A stretch of DNA of 64,000 nt from Planctomycetota bacterium (GTDB lineage: Bacteria > Planctomycetota > UBA1135 > UBA2386). The notes beneath the pieces were generated by a model that worked only from the letters and a program-made list of their open reading frames with translations, made no database searches and was not told the DNA's origin. The stretch covers positions 1 through 64,000 of the forward strand of contig CANMWZ010000019.1 in assembly GCA_947501605.1 (NCBI GenBank). The letters run 5' to 3'. Position numbers and translations under genes: made by a program. Positions within the stretch are counted from its first letter, which is position 1, and each line of letters starts with the position of its first letter. Below, piece after piece: positions 18,696 through 28,858 of this stretch.

Positions 18696-19273
18696 TTCGT
18701 GCGCGTGTAGTCGATGTGAAGGAAGTGCATCTCCTTCCCATCCGGTCCGGCACCGTACATGTCGAAGGCGGTGTGATCCTCGTCGACGAAGTGGGTCACG
18801 ATGCGGCACGCTTCGAGCTTGCCGCTCATGCCTTGGCACTCGCCAGTCAACACCAGCTCCTTGGTCTTCTCGTTGTAGGTGCCGGTCGCATAGAGCGGCG
18901 TCGGGCTCAGCGAGTCGGACCAGTGAGTGAAGTACTTCTTCTGGAGCGGGCAATAGCCGTGCACGCCATGGCCGATGAACTTCTGGCCCATGAGATCGGC
19001 CGTGAACTCGTCGACGACGAAGTAGTCACTGTGCTTCTTGGTGACCATCGAGCCACTCGACTTCATCGCTTCACCGCTCGGGCCGGGCATGGTCAAGACC
19101 GCATCCCACGTGCCGGCGAGCTTCTGCAGCATCTTGTGCTCGGCGGTGGCCGGCGCCGGTTCCTGGACCGGGGTGCCATAGCGGGTGGACGTGGGTGCGA
19201 GGGCTTGCTCGAGGCCGAAACCTGAACCGAGGGCGAGCACAACAAGGGCCAACAACTTCATGAGACTCGCCAT
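18692..19273 (-). CDS. DUF1579 family exported protein
   Basis: Signal peptide, P..EHKML.KLAGTW, F.GHG..GY...KKY..HW.DS. Alternative start at 19261. Confidence 0.85.
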   Translation of the reverse strand: MASLMKLLALVVLALGSGFGLEQALAPTSTRYGTPVQEPAPATAEHKMLQKLAGTWDAVLTMPGPSGEAMKSSGSMVTKKHSDYFVVDEFTADLMGQKFIGHGVHGYCPLQKKYFTHWSDSLSPTPLYATGTYNEKTKELVLTGECQGMSGKLEACRIVTHFVDEDHTAFDMYGAGPDGKEMHFLHIDYTRTK

Positions 19274-19413
19274 CTGAACACGCAACCTCGCCGCCGTCAC
19301 TACCGCTGCCGCTTCGGGGGGCAAGCAGGGTCGCAGACTGGCGAATTCCCGCCTGAACCCAACACCAGCCTTCACTACACTCCCGCGCTCTTCCGACTGC
19401 GGATCCAATCGAC

Positions 19414-21021
19414 GTGCTGATCGCCTTCGTACTGCTCTACCTCGCCATCACCGTAGCCATCGGGCTCCTGGCCGCGCGCCGGGTGAAGAGTTCGAGGGAC
19501 TACCTCGTCGCCGGCCGTTCGCTGCCGCTCTACATGAACATGGCGACGGTGTTCGCCACGTGGTTTGGCGCCGAGACCGTGCTGTCCGTCTCGGCCAAGT
19601 TTGCGGCCGAGGGCCTGCACGGCGTGCCCGGCGACCCGTTCGGCGCCTCGGTGTGCCTCGTGCTCGCGGCGCTGCTGTTCGCGCGGCTCTTCTACCGGAT
19701 GAACCTGCTGACGATCGGGGACTTCTATCGCCAACGCTACGGCAAGGCGGCCGAGGTGCTCACCAGCGCCGCAATCACGCTGTCCTATCTGGGCTGGACA
19801 TCCGCACAGATGACGGCACTCGGGCTCGTGGTCCATGTGCTGTCGGGCGGTGCGCTCGAACTCGACCACGCAATCATGCTCGGCGCTGCCGTCGTCATGG
19901 TCTACACGATCTTCGGCGGCATGTGGTCGGTGGCGTTCACCGACCTGTTGCAGACCGTCGTCATCATCATCGGCCTCACACTGGTCGCGGTGCTGGTCGG
20001 CGACCGGGCCGGCGGCTTTTCTGCGGTGATCGAGAACGCGTCGCGTGCTGGCAAGCTGAAGTTCTTCCCCGAGGACTCCGCCGGTTGGTGGGCAATGGCA
20101 GGGGCATTCTTCGCCTTCGCCTTCGGCTCGATTCCGCAGCAAGACGTCTTCCAGCGCATGACCAGCGCCAAGGACGAGTCGACCGCCGTGCGCGGCACGA
20201 TCCTCGGTGGGCTGGTCTACTTCGGCTTCGCGTTCGTGCCGATCTTCATCGCCTATGCCGCCCTGGTCGCCTACCCGGAGTTGCAGACGTTGTTTGCCGA
20301 CGAGGACCAGCGCGTCATCCAACGCATCCTGCCGGATCTCGTCATGGGCAAGATGCCAGTGTGGGCTCAGGTGATGTTCTTCGGCGCGCTGTTGTCGGCC
20401 ATCTTGTCGACGGCAAGCGGTGCGCTGCTCGCGCCGACGGCGCTGTTCACCGAGAACGTGCTGCGTCCCTTTGCTCCCAAACTCGGCGACAAGCAGTTCC
20501 TGCTGCTGCTGCGGGTCGTACTGGTGACCTTCACTGCCAGCGCGCTGATGTTTGCGTTGAACAGCACGAGCACAATCTGCGAGATGGTGCAGAACGCGTA
20601 CAGCGTGACGCTGGTCGGAGCCTTCGTGCCACTGCTCGCCGGCGCCTATTGGAAGCGAGCCAACACGCAGGGCGCCATCCTCTCGATCCTGTGCGGCATC
20701 GGCACCTGGATCACGGCTGAGACGATCGCCGCGGACGCGCTCGTGCCACCAAACCTGAACGGCCTGTTCGCCTCGGCGATCGGCATGCTGCTCGGAACCT
20801 TCGCGCCCTCGATCCTGTCGCCCCGCGGCCAGTCGATCGAAGCCTCGATCCGCGAAGCACAAAAGCCGCAGCAAGGTCACGCGCATGCGTTTGCCGCGGT
20901 TCGCGACCGACCGCCTGAACACCCGCATCACTTCACTCACCCGAGCAGTCACGGGCATACGAGCAAGAAGCCCCGTGGCACGGACAACGGCCCGAAGATC
21001 TCCGGCGACCACGGCGAGTAG
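19414..21021 (+). CDS. Sodium:solute symporter family protein with His-rich tail
   Basis: DYLVAGRSLP, ATWFGAE, YTIFGGMWSVAFTDLLQ, QDVFQR, LSAILST. Confidence 0.93.
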   Translation: MLIAFVLLYLAITVAIGLLAARRVKSSRDYLVAGRSLPLYMNMATVFATWFGAETVLSVSAKFAAEGLHGVPGDPFGASVCLVLAALLFARLFYRMNLLTIGDFYRQRYGKAAEVLTSAAITLSYLGWTSAQMTALGLVVHVLSGGALELDHAIMLGAAVVMVYTIFGGMWSVAFTDLLQTVVIIIGLTLVAVLVGDRAGGFSAVIENASRAGKLKFFPEDSAGWWAMAGAFFAFAFGSIPQQDVFQRMTSAKDESTAVRGTILGGLVYFGFAFVPIFIAYAALVAYPELQTLFADEDQRVIQRILPDLVMGKMPVWAQVMFFGALLSAILSTASGALLAPTALFTENVLRPFAPKLGDKQFLLLLRVVLVTFTASALMFALNSTSTICEMVQNAYSVTLVGAFVPLLAGAYWKRANTQGAILSILCGIGTWITAETIAADALVPPNLNGLFASAIGMLLGTFAPSILSPRGQSIEASIREAQKPQQGHAHAFAAVRDRPPEHPHHFTHPSSHGHTSKKPRGTDNGPKISGDHGE

Positions 21022-21033
21022 CGGACTCGTCGA

Positions 21034-21426
21034 TCAACTGGCGCCGCCGCGCTTCCTCGCCGTCACCTCGATCTCGATCCGCATGCGCGGATCGGCAAGC
21101 CCGGCCTCGAACATGGTCGCCGCCGGCCGAATCGAGCCAAAGCGCGCCCGCAGCACCGGCCAGCACGCTGGAAAGTCGGCAGCCTTCGGCAAGATGTAGT
21201 GCACGCGCACGACGTCTTGCAGCGACGACCCCGCCGTGGCGAGTGCCTGCTCGATGTTGCGCATGGTCTGTTCGCACTGATCCGCGACATCGTCGCTGAT
21301 CGTCATCGTCGCGTAGTCAAAGCCTGTGGTGCCGGAGACGAACACCCAGTCGCCATCGACGACGGCACGCGAGTAGCCGATCTCGGCTTCAAAGGTAGAA
21401 CCGCTGGAGATCAAGTGACGAGTCAT
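21034..21426 (-). CDS. RidA family protein
   Basis: ISSGS.FE..IGYSRAV, VSGTTG, RPAATM, IEIEVTA. Confidence 0.93.
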   Translation of the reverse strand: MTRHLISSGSTFEAEIGYSRAVVDGDWVFVSGTTGFDYATMTISDDVADQCEQTMRNIEQALATAGSSLQDVVRVHYILPKAADFPACWPVLRARFGSIRPAATMFEAGLADPRMRIEIEVTARKRGGAS

Positions 21427-21531
21427 TGGCGAAGAAGCTAGGCGTAGTTTCCCGCAGCGCCAGCGCCAGCGGCTGGCACTCATGGCTGCCGGCTCACGCC
21501 ATTGCCGACGCCTCCTGGTAGGCTCTGCTTT

Positions 21532-22302
21532 ATGACCGCCGACGATGCCAAGCCGAAGCCTCACTTCGCCACCGCATGGGACCGCTACGTCGACGTTGCC
21601 AAACAAGCCGGACAGGCTTGGCCGGGCGATGACTGGGGCGATGCGACCCTGTGGGACGCGTGGTGTCGCCGCCTCCTCTTGGACCATGGCGCCGCCACCT
21701 GGCGACGTGCCGTCGAGATCGGCCAGGGCACGGGCAAGTACACCAGCCGCCTGCTGGCAGCGAGTTCGTGCACCGTGCTCGCCTGCGATGTCTCGGAGCG
21801 CTTCCTGTCGCTCTGCCGCGACCGCCTCGCCGAACACGTCGCGTCCGGTCGCTTGCGCACCCGCCTCATCGACGAACGTGATCCCGACGGCGTTGCCGCA
21901 GCCGTGGGCAACGAGCACTGGACCGGAGCGGTTGATGCAGTGTTCTCGATCGACACGCTCGTGCACCTGACGTTCACCCAGCTCACGGCGATCATGCTGG
22001 CAGCGACCTCAGCCCTGAAGGACCGAGGCCTGCTGGCCTTCACCTTTGCCTGCGGCACCTCGGAACCTGGACGCAAGAAGCTGCTCGCAGATCTCGACCG
22101 CGTGCTCAAGGAGGGTTCGAACCCGACCACGGGCTGTTTCCATTGGGTGTCCCCAGAACTCGTGCGCACGACGGCGGAAGCACTGGGCTTTCAGGTCCTG
22201 GTGTGTGACGTCGACCCGATGCACGGTCGCGACGGACACTTCGTCGGCCGGTTCGTCGACGGCGCTCGCGCCATGAACGCACAGGCACTCCGGCGCCGTT
22301 GA
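21532..22302 (+). CDS. Class I SAM-dependent methyltransferase
   Basis: WPGDDWG, VEIGQGTGKYT, CDVS, DAVFSIDTLVH. Confidence 0.85.
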   Translation: MTADDAKPKPHFATAWDRYVDVAKQAGQAWPGDDWGDATLWDAWCRRLLLDHGAATWRRAVEIGQGTGKYTSRLLAASSCTVLACDVSERFLSLCRDRLAEHVASGRLRTRLIDERDPDGVAAAVGNEHWTGAVDAVFSIDTLVHLTFTQLTAIMLAATSALKDRGLLAFTFACGTSEPGRKKLLADLDRVLKEGSNPTTGCFHWVSPELVRTTAEALGFQVLVCDVDPMHGRDGHFVGRFVDGARAMNAQALRRR

Positions 22303-22334
22303 AACAAACCTCGCCACTCTCAGGACAACCACCC

Positions 22335-22880
22335 ATGGACCTGCTCCCGTCGATTCGCAACGAGTACCAGCGCTACCGCCGCACCGCCGAACTTGCGCTC
22401 GAACAAGTCGACGACGCGGGCCTCGTGCACACGACCGCCCCCGAGGCCAACTCGATGGCGATCCTGTTCGGTCACCTCAGCGGCAACTTGCGTTCGCGCT
22501 TCACCGACTTTCTCATGTCCGATGGCGAGAAGCCTTGGCGCCGACGCGACGAGGAGTTCGAGCCGCCCGCGGGCGGACGAGCCGAACTCCTCGCCTCCTG
22601 GAACGAGGCCTGGGCCACGGTGGAACGCGCCCTGCAGGACGTAGCTGCCGCAGGACCCGACGCGTTGGCCGCAACCGTGTACATCCGGCAGCAGCCTCTC
22701 ACCGTGCTCGATGCACTGCTGCGATCGGTTGCACACGTCGCCTACCACACGGGCCAGATCGTCTTGCTGGCCCGCGAACGCGCTGGCGCCCGGTGGCGCA
22801 CGCTGTCGATCCCGCGCGGCGGCTCAGCGGCCTACGCGGCCAATCCGACCAAAGAGAAGTCCCCCGACGGGCGACACTGA
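22335..22880 (+). CDS. DUF1572 (DinB superfamily) protein
   Basis: NSMA....HLSGNLRSRFTDFL.SDGEKPWR.RD.EF, H.AYH.GQI, WRTLSIPRG.S. Confidence 0.9.
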   Translation: MDLLPSIRNEYQRYRRTAELALEQVDDAGLVHTTAPEANSMAILFGHLSGNLRSRFTDFLMSDGEKPWRRRDEEFEPPAGGRAELLASWNEAWATVERALQDVAAAGPDALAATVYIRQQPLTVLDALLRSVAHVAYHTGQIVLLARERAGARWRTLSIPRGGSAAYAANPTKEKSPDGRH

Positions 22881-22912
22881 ACGGGCCCCCGACGGACGCC
22901 GCGACTGCGGCC

Positions 22913-24652
22913 TCAAACCGGCGGGCCTGCGACCACTCCGGTCAGGATCTCGATGCTGCGCATCGGCGCGTGCGCATGACGCCACGCCGTCGCAAAGCCC
23001 TGCGCACCCGCGCGGTAATGCTCGTGGTGGCGAACAAGGTCGGCGATGCAACGAGGCACGCTGTCGCGATCGGACACCGCGAGACCGACGAGGCCTTTTG
23101 GCCGCGCTCGCCCCGCCAGTCCCGCGATCAGCTGAACCGCCTCGAGCTGCTGCAGCACAAGCACTCCCATGGGGAACGCTGTCCCGACGTCGACGCGCAC
23201 CCGCACCGAACCATCGGGAATGGCAAACATGGCCGCCGGCAACGCCCCCTCTCGTTCGGGCCAGGCTGCGACGGTGGACTCCACCGTCGTGAGCGCGCGG
23301 CCGGAAGCATCCGACGTCCGGACGACGATGCGGGCGTAGGTACCTGGAAGCTGCGAGCGGTCGAAGCGGAGACGAACCAGGAGGTCGGGCGCGTTGGTCG
23401 CGAGTTCCATTTCGAGCTCCGGTGCGGCCCGTTGCGCCCGACGCGCCGCGGTGGCGCTCGCCAGCACGCTCGCGAGCCACGCGTCGTTGGGCTTCTGGAT
23501 CTCGTCGCTCAGCCAGCTGCCTGCCGGGACCACGACGGGCACCCCAGCAGCCAAGAACTCGACGAGGATGCCGCTCGCGCGCGCAAAGTAGTCCTCGGCC
23601 CCATAGATCATCACGCCGACGTCGGCCGTCTGGATCAGGCGCTCGTAGGCCTCGTCGCCGAGTGGATGCGGCAGCGCCACGATGGCCGCGTCCGGCAGCG
23701 GCGACTTGCCGAGAACGGCAGCCTCGGTCGTCGCCACCAGTGGCAGTGAGCCGAGGTCCTGTTCACGACGGCGTTCGCTGCACTGCACCAAGTACTGAAT
23801 GCGCCGACCGCCGAGATCGCTGCTGCGCACGGCTTCGAACATCGGCTTGAACTGCTTGCTGCCCTTCTCGCGGCGCAGTGCACCTGGCAGCACGAGTCGC
23901 AGAGGCAGAGCGGCCTTGCGGCGCGGGTCCGCGTGCTTTGGTTCGCCGACGGGCCACTGCAGCGTGCGCGCCGTGGTTTCGCCGATCCGGTGGTACTGCC
24001 GTGTCAGTGCCTCGGTCGTCGTGTGGCACGTGATCGCGAAGCCAGGCAGCTGCGCCCGCACCGCGGCAAATCGGGCACGGAGGCCTTCGACGCGCTTGTC
24101 CTGCAGCACGAACTCCGGGTCGCGGCCGGTGTAGACCGGCAGGTGGAACTGCAGGTGCCAATCGGCGCACTTCGCCGCGGGCTCACCGGCGAGAAACTGG
24201 CCGAGCGCCACGAGATCGAGATCGCCGATCGTCGAGAAGTAGACGAGGTCGCCGTCGCGCAGTGGGACCTTTGCGAACAGCTCGCCGCAGGCTTCGCGGA
24301 ACTCTCGGATGCTGCGTTCTCGATGGGCTCGAACACGCATTCGCTTGAAGAACGCCCACGCGGTGTCGACCGCGTGCGCAAACGTGCGCGCCCACGCCGC
24401 CGAGAGTCCGCCGCTGCCCCCGAGGACGGCGCGATGCAGCCGCTGCGCGCGATTGCGGAACAGTGGCAGCACGAGCCAGTGCGGCGGGAAGCGGTCGAGG
24501 CTGCGAAACTCGCGATGGACCGCGAGGACCGGTTCGTAGCCTGCCTGCTCCGCTGCCGTCAGGATCTGGAGCGCGTAGAGGAAGTAGTGCCCGCCGAGTT
24601 TGCGCAGGCTGTGCTCGACCAGCACGAACTTCCTGCGGCCCGGAACGGTCAT
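22913..24652 (-). CDS. Divergent GT-B glycosyltransferase, last gene of the GDP-deoxysugar operon
   Basis: GGHYF N-terminus, PGALRREKG, Y...DYFARASGILVEFLAAGVPVVVP. ATGA-coupled to colD. Confidence 0.72.
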   Translation of the reverse strand: MTVPGRRKFVLVEHSLRKLGGHYFLYALQILTAAEQAGYEPVLAVHREFRSLDRFPPHWLVLPLFRNRAQRLHRAVLGGSGGLSAAWARTFAHAVDTAWAFFKRMRVRAHRERSIREFREACGELFAKVPLRDGDLVYFSTIGDLDLVALGQFLAGEPAAKCADWHLQFHLPVYTGRDPEFVLQDKRVEGLRARFAAVRAQLPGFAITCHTTTEALTRQYHRIGETTARTLQWPVGEPKHADPRRKAALPLRLVLPGALRREKGSKQFKPMFEAVRSSDLGGRRIQYLVQCSERRREQDLGSLPLVATTEAAVLGKSPLPDAAIVALPHPLGDEAYERLIQTADVGVMIYGAEDYFARASGILVEFLAAGVPVVVPAGSWLSDEIQKPNDAWLASVLASATAARRAQRAAPELEMELATNAPDLLVRLRFDRSQLPGTYARIVVRTSDASGRALTTVESTVAAWPEREGALPAAMFAIPDGSVRVRVDVGTAFPMGVLVLQQLEAVQLIAGLAGRARPKGLVGLAVSDRDSVPRCIADLVRHHEHYRAGAQGFATAWRHAHAPMRSIEILTGVVAGPPV

Positions 24653-25821
24653 GCGAGACCTTGCAGCGCCTCGTGCAGCAGGTCGATCTGGTCGCGGATG
24701 TCGACCTGGTTGTTGCCCACGAAGAGCCCGTGATCATGGACATGGTCGGCATTCGGCATCGGCAGTGGGATCACGTGGTCGAAGTGCGCGATCGCGGGAT
24801 GCCGCACGAAGTTGCCGGCCACCACCGGTCGGCACTCGATGCTGTTCTGGCGGAGACGCTGCACGACTTCGCTGCGCTGAAACGTGCACCCATCGCGTCG
24901 CAGCAGGGCGAAGCCGAACCACGACGAATGCCCGACCTCGCGCTGGATCGTGAACCGCGAATCGTCGGCAAAGCGCGCGACGAAATGGGCGGCGTTCTCC
25001 CGGCGGATGCGGACGAAGTCCGGCAGCTTCCGCAACTGCTCCTGCCCGATCGCACCGCTCATCTCGAGCGGGCGCAAGTTGTAGCCCGGCAGAATGAAAC
25101 GGAACGACTCGAGGAACGGGTCATCGGCCTTCCTGCAGAGCAGGTTCTGCTCCGGCAGGTTGCGGGTCCAACCGTGCGCCCGAACCGACAGCGCGAGTTG
25201 CCAACACTCCTCGTCGTCGGTGACCAGAACGCCGCCCTCCATCGTCGAGATGTGATGGCTGAAGAACGAACTGAAGGTGCCCATCAGTCCGAAGGTGCCG
25301 GCTTGCTTGCCGGCGAAGGTGGCCCCCAACGACTCGCAGTTGTCCTCCAGCAGCACGATGTCGCGCTTGCCGATGATCGCTTGGATCCGGTCGAAATCGT
25401 TCGGATTGCCCAGCAGGTTCACGGCCATGATCGCGCGCGTGCGCGCCGTGATCGCGCGCTCGAGTGCGTCGAGGTCGAAATTGAGCGTGTGTCGGTCGAC
25501 ATCGACGAACACGAGCTTCTGTCCGTACTGCTGAAACGGCCCATAGGTCGTCGACCACGACACCGCCGGCACGATCACTTCGTCGCCACGCTGCAACGGC
25601 CGCTGTTGGCGCAGGGTCATCACGGCGACGGCAAGCAGGTTGGCGGACGAACCCGAGTTCACCATCACCGCATGCTTGCTGCCGACGAGCTTGCTGAACT
25701 GCGCTTCGAAGGCAGCGACCTCCTTGCCCATCGAGAACATGCCTGAGTCGATCACGCGCTGGATCGCGCGATACTCTTCGGGCCCCCATGAGGGCGTGGC
25801 GAGTGGGTACCGGGGAGTCAT
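24649..25821 (-). CDS. colD: GDP-4-keto-6-deoxy-D-mannose 3-dehydratase (DegT/DnrJ family, His-type)
   Basis: VNSGSSANL, AVSWSTT, LEDNCESLG, and FSSFFSHHISTMEGG with His at the usual Schiff-base Lys position. Follows gmd and fcl. Confidence 0.85.
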   Translation of the reverse strand: MTPRYPLATPSWGPEEYRAIQRVIDSGMFSMGKEVAAFEAQFSKLVGSKHAVMVNSGSSANLLAVAVMTLRQQRPLQRGDEVIVPAVSWSTTYGPFQQYGQKLVFVDVDRHTLNFDLDALERAITARTRAIMAVNLLGNPNDFDRIQAIIGKRDIVLLEDNCESLGATFAGKQAGTFGLMGTFSSFFSHHISTMEGGVLVTDDEECWQLALSVRAHGWTRNLPEQNLLCRKADDPFLESFRFILPGYNLRPLEMSGAIGQEQLRKLPDFVRIRRENAAHFVARFADDSRFTIQREVGHSSWFGFALLRRDGCTFQRSEVVQRLRQNSIECRPVVAGNFVRHPAIAHFDHVIPLPMPNADHVHDHGLFVGNNQVDIRDQIDLLHEALQGLA

Positions 25822-26750
25822 CGAGGTTGCTCTCGCTCGAGAAAGTACTGGTAGGTGTGGCGCAAGCCGGTCGCGAGGTCGGTATCGGCGCGAAAGCCCC
25901 ACGCCAGCTGACGGTCGATGGCGACCAGCTTGCGCTTCATGCCGCTCGGCTTCGACGGGTCGTGCCGATAACCGCCGCGATAGCCGACGACGGTTGCCGC
26001 GGCGCGGTAGTAGTCGTCGACGGTGTGGTCGTGGCCGAGGCCGACGTTCATCAACTCCGGCAACGCGTCGAAATGCGCTGGCACGAGGCACCGCTGAATG
26101 CATGCAGCAAGGTCGCCGGCATACAAGAACTCGCGACGCGCAGTGCCATCGCCCCAGACCTCGACCGCAGTGGCGCCACGTTGCGTGGCTTCGTGCAACT
26201 TGCGGATCACCGCCGGCGCCATGTGGGAATTGACCGGATCGAACGAATCCCAGCGCCCGTACAGGTTGCACGGGATCAGGGTCTTGTAGCGCAGCTCGGG
26301 ATCTTGCCGCGCCATGTAGCTGCACAAGCGCGCGACCGCACACTTCGCGATCGCGTAGCCCTCGTTGGTTGGCTCCAGCGGACCGCCGAGCACCAGCTCT
26401 TCCCGCAGCGGCTCGTCATGGTCCTTTGGATACATGCACGAACTGCCCAGGTTCAGCAGCCGCGGGACGCGCCCGCTAGCAGCGGCCAGCACGACGTTGG
26501 TGCCCATGTCGAGGTTCTCGACCAGGAAGGCCACCGGCGAGGCAATGTTGGCCTGGATGCCCCCCACCTTGCCGGCCGCATGAACGACGACATCGGGGCG
26601 CGCCTTGACCATGTAGGCCAACACCGCCGCGCGATCGCAAAGGTCGAGCTCACGACGGGTGGGACAGAGCCACTCGTGCTGCGCCGCCGCCGGGTGCTCG
26701 AGCACATTGCGACCGACCATGCCAGTCGAGCCAGTCAACAGAACCCGCAT
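25818..26750 (-). CDS. fcl: GDP-L-fucose/colitose synthase (epimerase-reductase, ColC-like)
   Basis: TGSTGMVG, AGKVGGI.AN, LGSSCMYP, LEPTNEGYAIAK, PCNLYG, WGDGTARREF. Confidence 0.93.
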   Translation of the reverse strand: MRVLLTGSTGMVGRNVLEHPAAAQHEWLCPTRRELDLCDRAAVLAYMVKARPDVVVHAAGKVGGIQANIASPVAFLVENLDMGTNVVLAAASGRVPRLLNLGSSCMYPKDHDEPLREELVLGGPLEPTNEGYAIAKCAVARLCSYMARQDPELRYKTLIPCNLYGRWDSFDPVNSHMAPAVIRKLHEATQRGATAVEVWGDGTARREFLYAGDLAACIQRCLVPAHFDALPELMNVGLGHDHTVDDYYRAAATVVGYRGGYRHDPSKPSGMKRKLVAIDRQLAWGFRADTDLATGLRHTYQYFLEREQPR

Positions 26751-26753
26751 GGT

Positions 26754-27854
26754 TCAGCGAAGACCCTTGCGCTCGCGCCGCGCCTCGTCGAGGTCCGCAG
26801 CCATCATCTCGGCGATGAGACCGCGCAAATCCGTGACGGGATTCCAGCCAAGCACCGTCCTGGCCTTGGTCGCATCGCCGATCAACAAGTCCACCTCGGT
26901 GGGCCTGAAGTAGTGCGGGTCGATGACGACGACGACCTGGCCCTCGTGCACCGCGAAGTCTGGCTGCGTGCACGACTCGACAAGGCCGCGTTCGTCCGCG
27001 CCGACGCCTTCGAAGCGCACGCGGATGCCGATCTCCGCGAACGCGCGCTTGACGAAGTCGCGCACCGAAGTGGTCACGCCGGTTGCGAGCACATAGTCAG
27101 AAGGCGTCTCGTGCTGCACGATGCGCCACATGCCTTCCACGTAGTCGCGCGCGTGACCCCAGTCGCGCTGCGCGTCCAGGTTGCCGAGGTACATCGTCGT
27201 CGTCATGCCGAGCGCAATGCGCGCCGCGCTGCGCGTGATCTTGCGCGTGACGAAGGTCTCGCCGCGGATCGGGCTCTCGTGGTTGAACAGGATCCCGTTC
27301 GACGCGTGCATCCCGTACGCCTCGCGGTAGTTGACCATGATCCAGTAGGCGTAGAGCTTGGCGACCGCGTACGGGCTGCGCGGATAGAACGGCGTGCGCT
27401 CGGTTTGCGGCGTCTCCTGCACGAGGCCGTAGAGCTCCGAGGTCGACGCTTGGTAGATGCGCACGGACTGCTCCATCTTCAGGATCCGAAGCGCTTCGAG
27501 CAGGCGAAGGGCACCGATCGCATCGGCGCTGGCAGTGTATTCCGGCGTCTCGAAACTCACGTGCACGTGGCTCTGCGCGGCGAGGTTGTAGATCTCGTCC
27601 GGCTGCACTTCTTGAACGATGCGGATCAAGTTGGTCGAGTCCGTCATGTCCCCGTAGTGGAGCACCAGCTTCACGTCCGGTTCGTGCGGGTCGCGAAACA
27701 GGTGGTCGATGCGCGCCGTGTTGAACGACGACGACCGCCGCTTGATGCCGTGGACCTCGTAACCCTTGTGCAGCAGCAGCTCCGCCAAGTAGGCGCCGTC
27801 TTGGCCGGTCACCCCGGTGATCAGCGCTCGCTTGGGTCTCTGTGCTGCGGTCAT
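26754..27854 (-). CDS. gmd: GDP-mannose 4,6-dehydratase
   Basis: [59 protein letters not shown]. Confidence 0.97.
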   Translation of the reverse strand: MTAAQRPKRALITGVTGQDGAYLAELLLHKGYEVHGIKRRSSSFNTARIDHLFRDPHEPDVKLVLHYGDMTDSTNLIRIVQEVQPDEIYNLAAQSHVHVSFETPEYTASADAIGALRLLEALRILKMEQSVRIYQASTSELYGLVQETPQTERTPFYPRSPYAVAKLYAYWIMVNYREAYGMHASNGILFNHESPIRGETFVTRKITRSAARIALGMTTTMYLGNLDAQRDWGHARDYVEGMWRIVQHETPSDYVLATGVTTSVRDFVKRAFAEIGIRVRFEGVGADERGLVESCTQPDFAVHEGQVVVVIDPHYFRPTEVDLLIGDATKARTVLGWNPVTDLRGLIAEMMAADLDEARRERKGLR

Positions 27855-27925
27855 CGCAACGGCAGACAATGCGAGCTATGGCCCAGGTTTCAAGCGCAAG
27901 GCCCGCAGGCGTTATGTTCCGCGCC

Positions 27926-28696
27926 ATGCGCAGCCTCGCCGCCCTCTCGTTCCTTGCCTGGTTGTCCGCGTGCACAGCTACGGGTCCAGGCGCTGCACTC
28001 CAGGTCGCAGAACCACGAGCTTTCGTCGACGGCAGAGGCCCTGGCTTTCGCCGCCTTTCGCTGCAGGACTTCGACAACGTCAATGGCGACAGCACCACGT
28101 GGACCGAGGTGGACGGCATGATCCGCTGCACCGGGAAGCCGCTTGGTGGCGCCCGCAGCAAGAAGGTCTACCGGAACTTCGAACTGGTCGCGGAGTGGAA
28201 ACACCACACGCATGGTGGCAACTCCGGCATCTTCGTCTGGTGCCCCGCCTCGGCGTTCACGGACTTGCCACAGGGCACGCTGCCGCGCAGTGGCATCGAA
28301 GTGCAGGTGCTCGATCTCGGCTACGAACAGCAATGGCTGGCAGCGAAGGGCGCGCACTCAGACTGGTTCACGAGCCACGGCGATGTCTTCCCGGTTGGCG
28401 ACTCGACGATGGTCGCGTTCACGCCGACGATCCGCTACACGGCGGCGGACGGCACCACCTACGACGTCGGCAGCGCGACCAGTTCGCGCAGTTTTCCGGT
28501 GCAGCGTCGCGTGCAGCCTGCCGGCGAGTGGAACCACTACTACGTGCGCGCCATCGATGGCGAGATCCGACTGTGGGTCAACGGCGAAGAAGTGTGCGGC
28601 GGCTCGAAGTGCACGCCGAGCGAGGGCTACCTGGCGCTCGAGTCCGAAGGCGCGCTGGTCGAGTACCGCAACCTGCGGCTGCGCCAACTGCCCTGA
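27926..28696 (+). CDS. DUF1080 (3-keto-disaccharide hydrolase family) lipoprotein
   Basis: Lipobox LSAC, YRNFEL..EW, GNSGIF, IEVQVLD, GEWN, GYLALESEG..VEYRNL. Confidence 0.9.
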   Translation: MRSLAALSFLAWLSACTATGPGAALQVAEPRAFVDGRGPGFRRLSLQDFDNVNGDSTTWTEVDGMIRCTGKPLGGARSKKVYRNFELVAEWKHHTHGGNSGIFVWCPASAFTDLPQGTLPRSGIEVQVLDLGYEQQWLAAKGAHSDWFTSHGDVFPVGDSTMVAFTPTIRYTAADGTTYDVGSATSSRSFPVQRRVQPAGEWNHYYVRAIDGEIRLWVNGEEVCGGSKCTPSEGYLALESEGALVEYRNLRLRQLP

Positions 28697-28717
28697 GCGA
28701 CTCGCACGCGGCAGCCC

Positions 28718-28743
28718 CTGTCGTTCCGACCTCGGAACGACGG
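28718..28743. repeat. Inverted repeat/hairpin downstream of the DUF1080 gene
   Basis: ctgtcgttccg-acct-cggaacgacgg, with no U tract. Confidence 0.55.
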
Positions 28744-28858
28744 ACGGCGCGGCAAAGGCGCACGCGGCGCCAGCAGCGAACCGGCACGACCGTTGCGAAG
28801 CAGCTGCCGCGCCCCCAGCACCGCGCAACCCCGCGCCGCTCGCCCAACGAGGTTCCCC

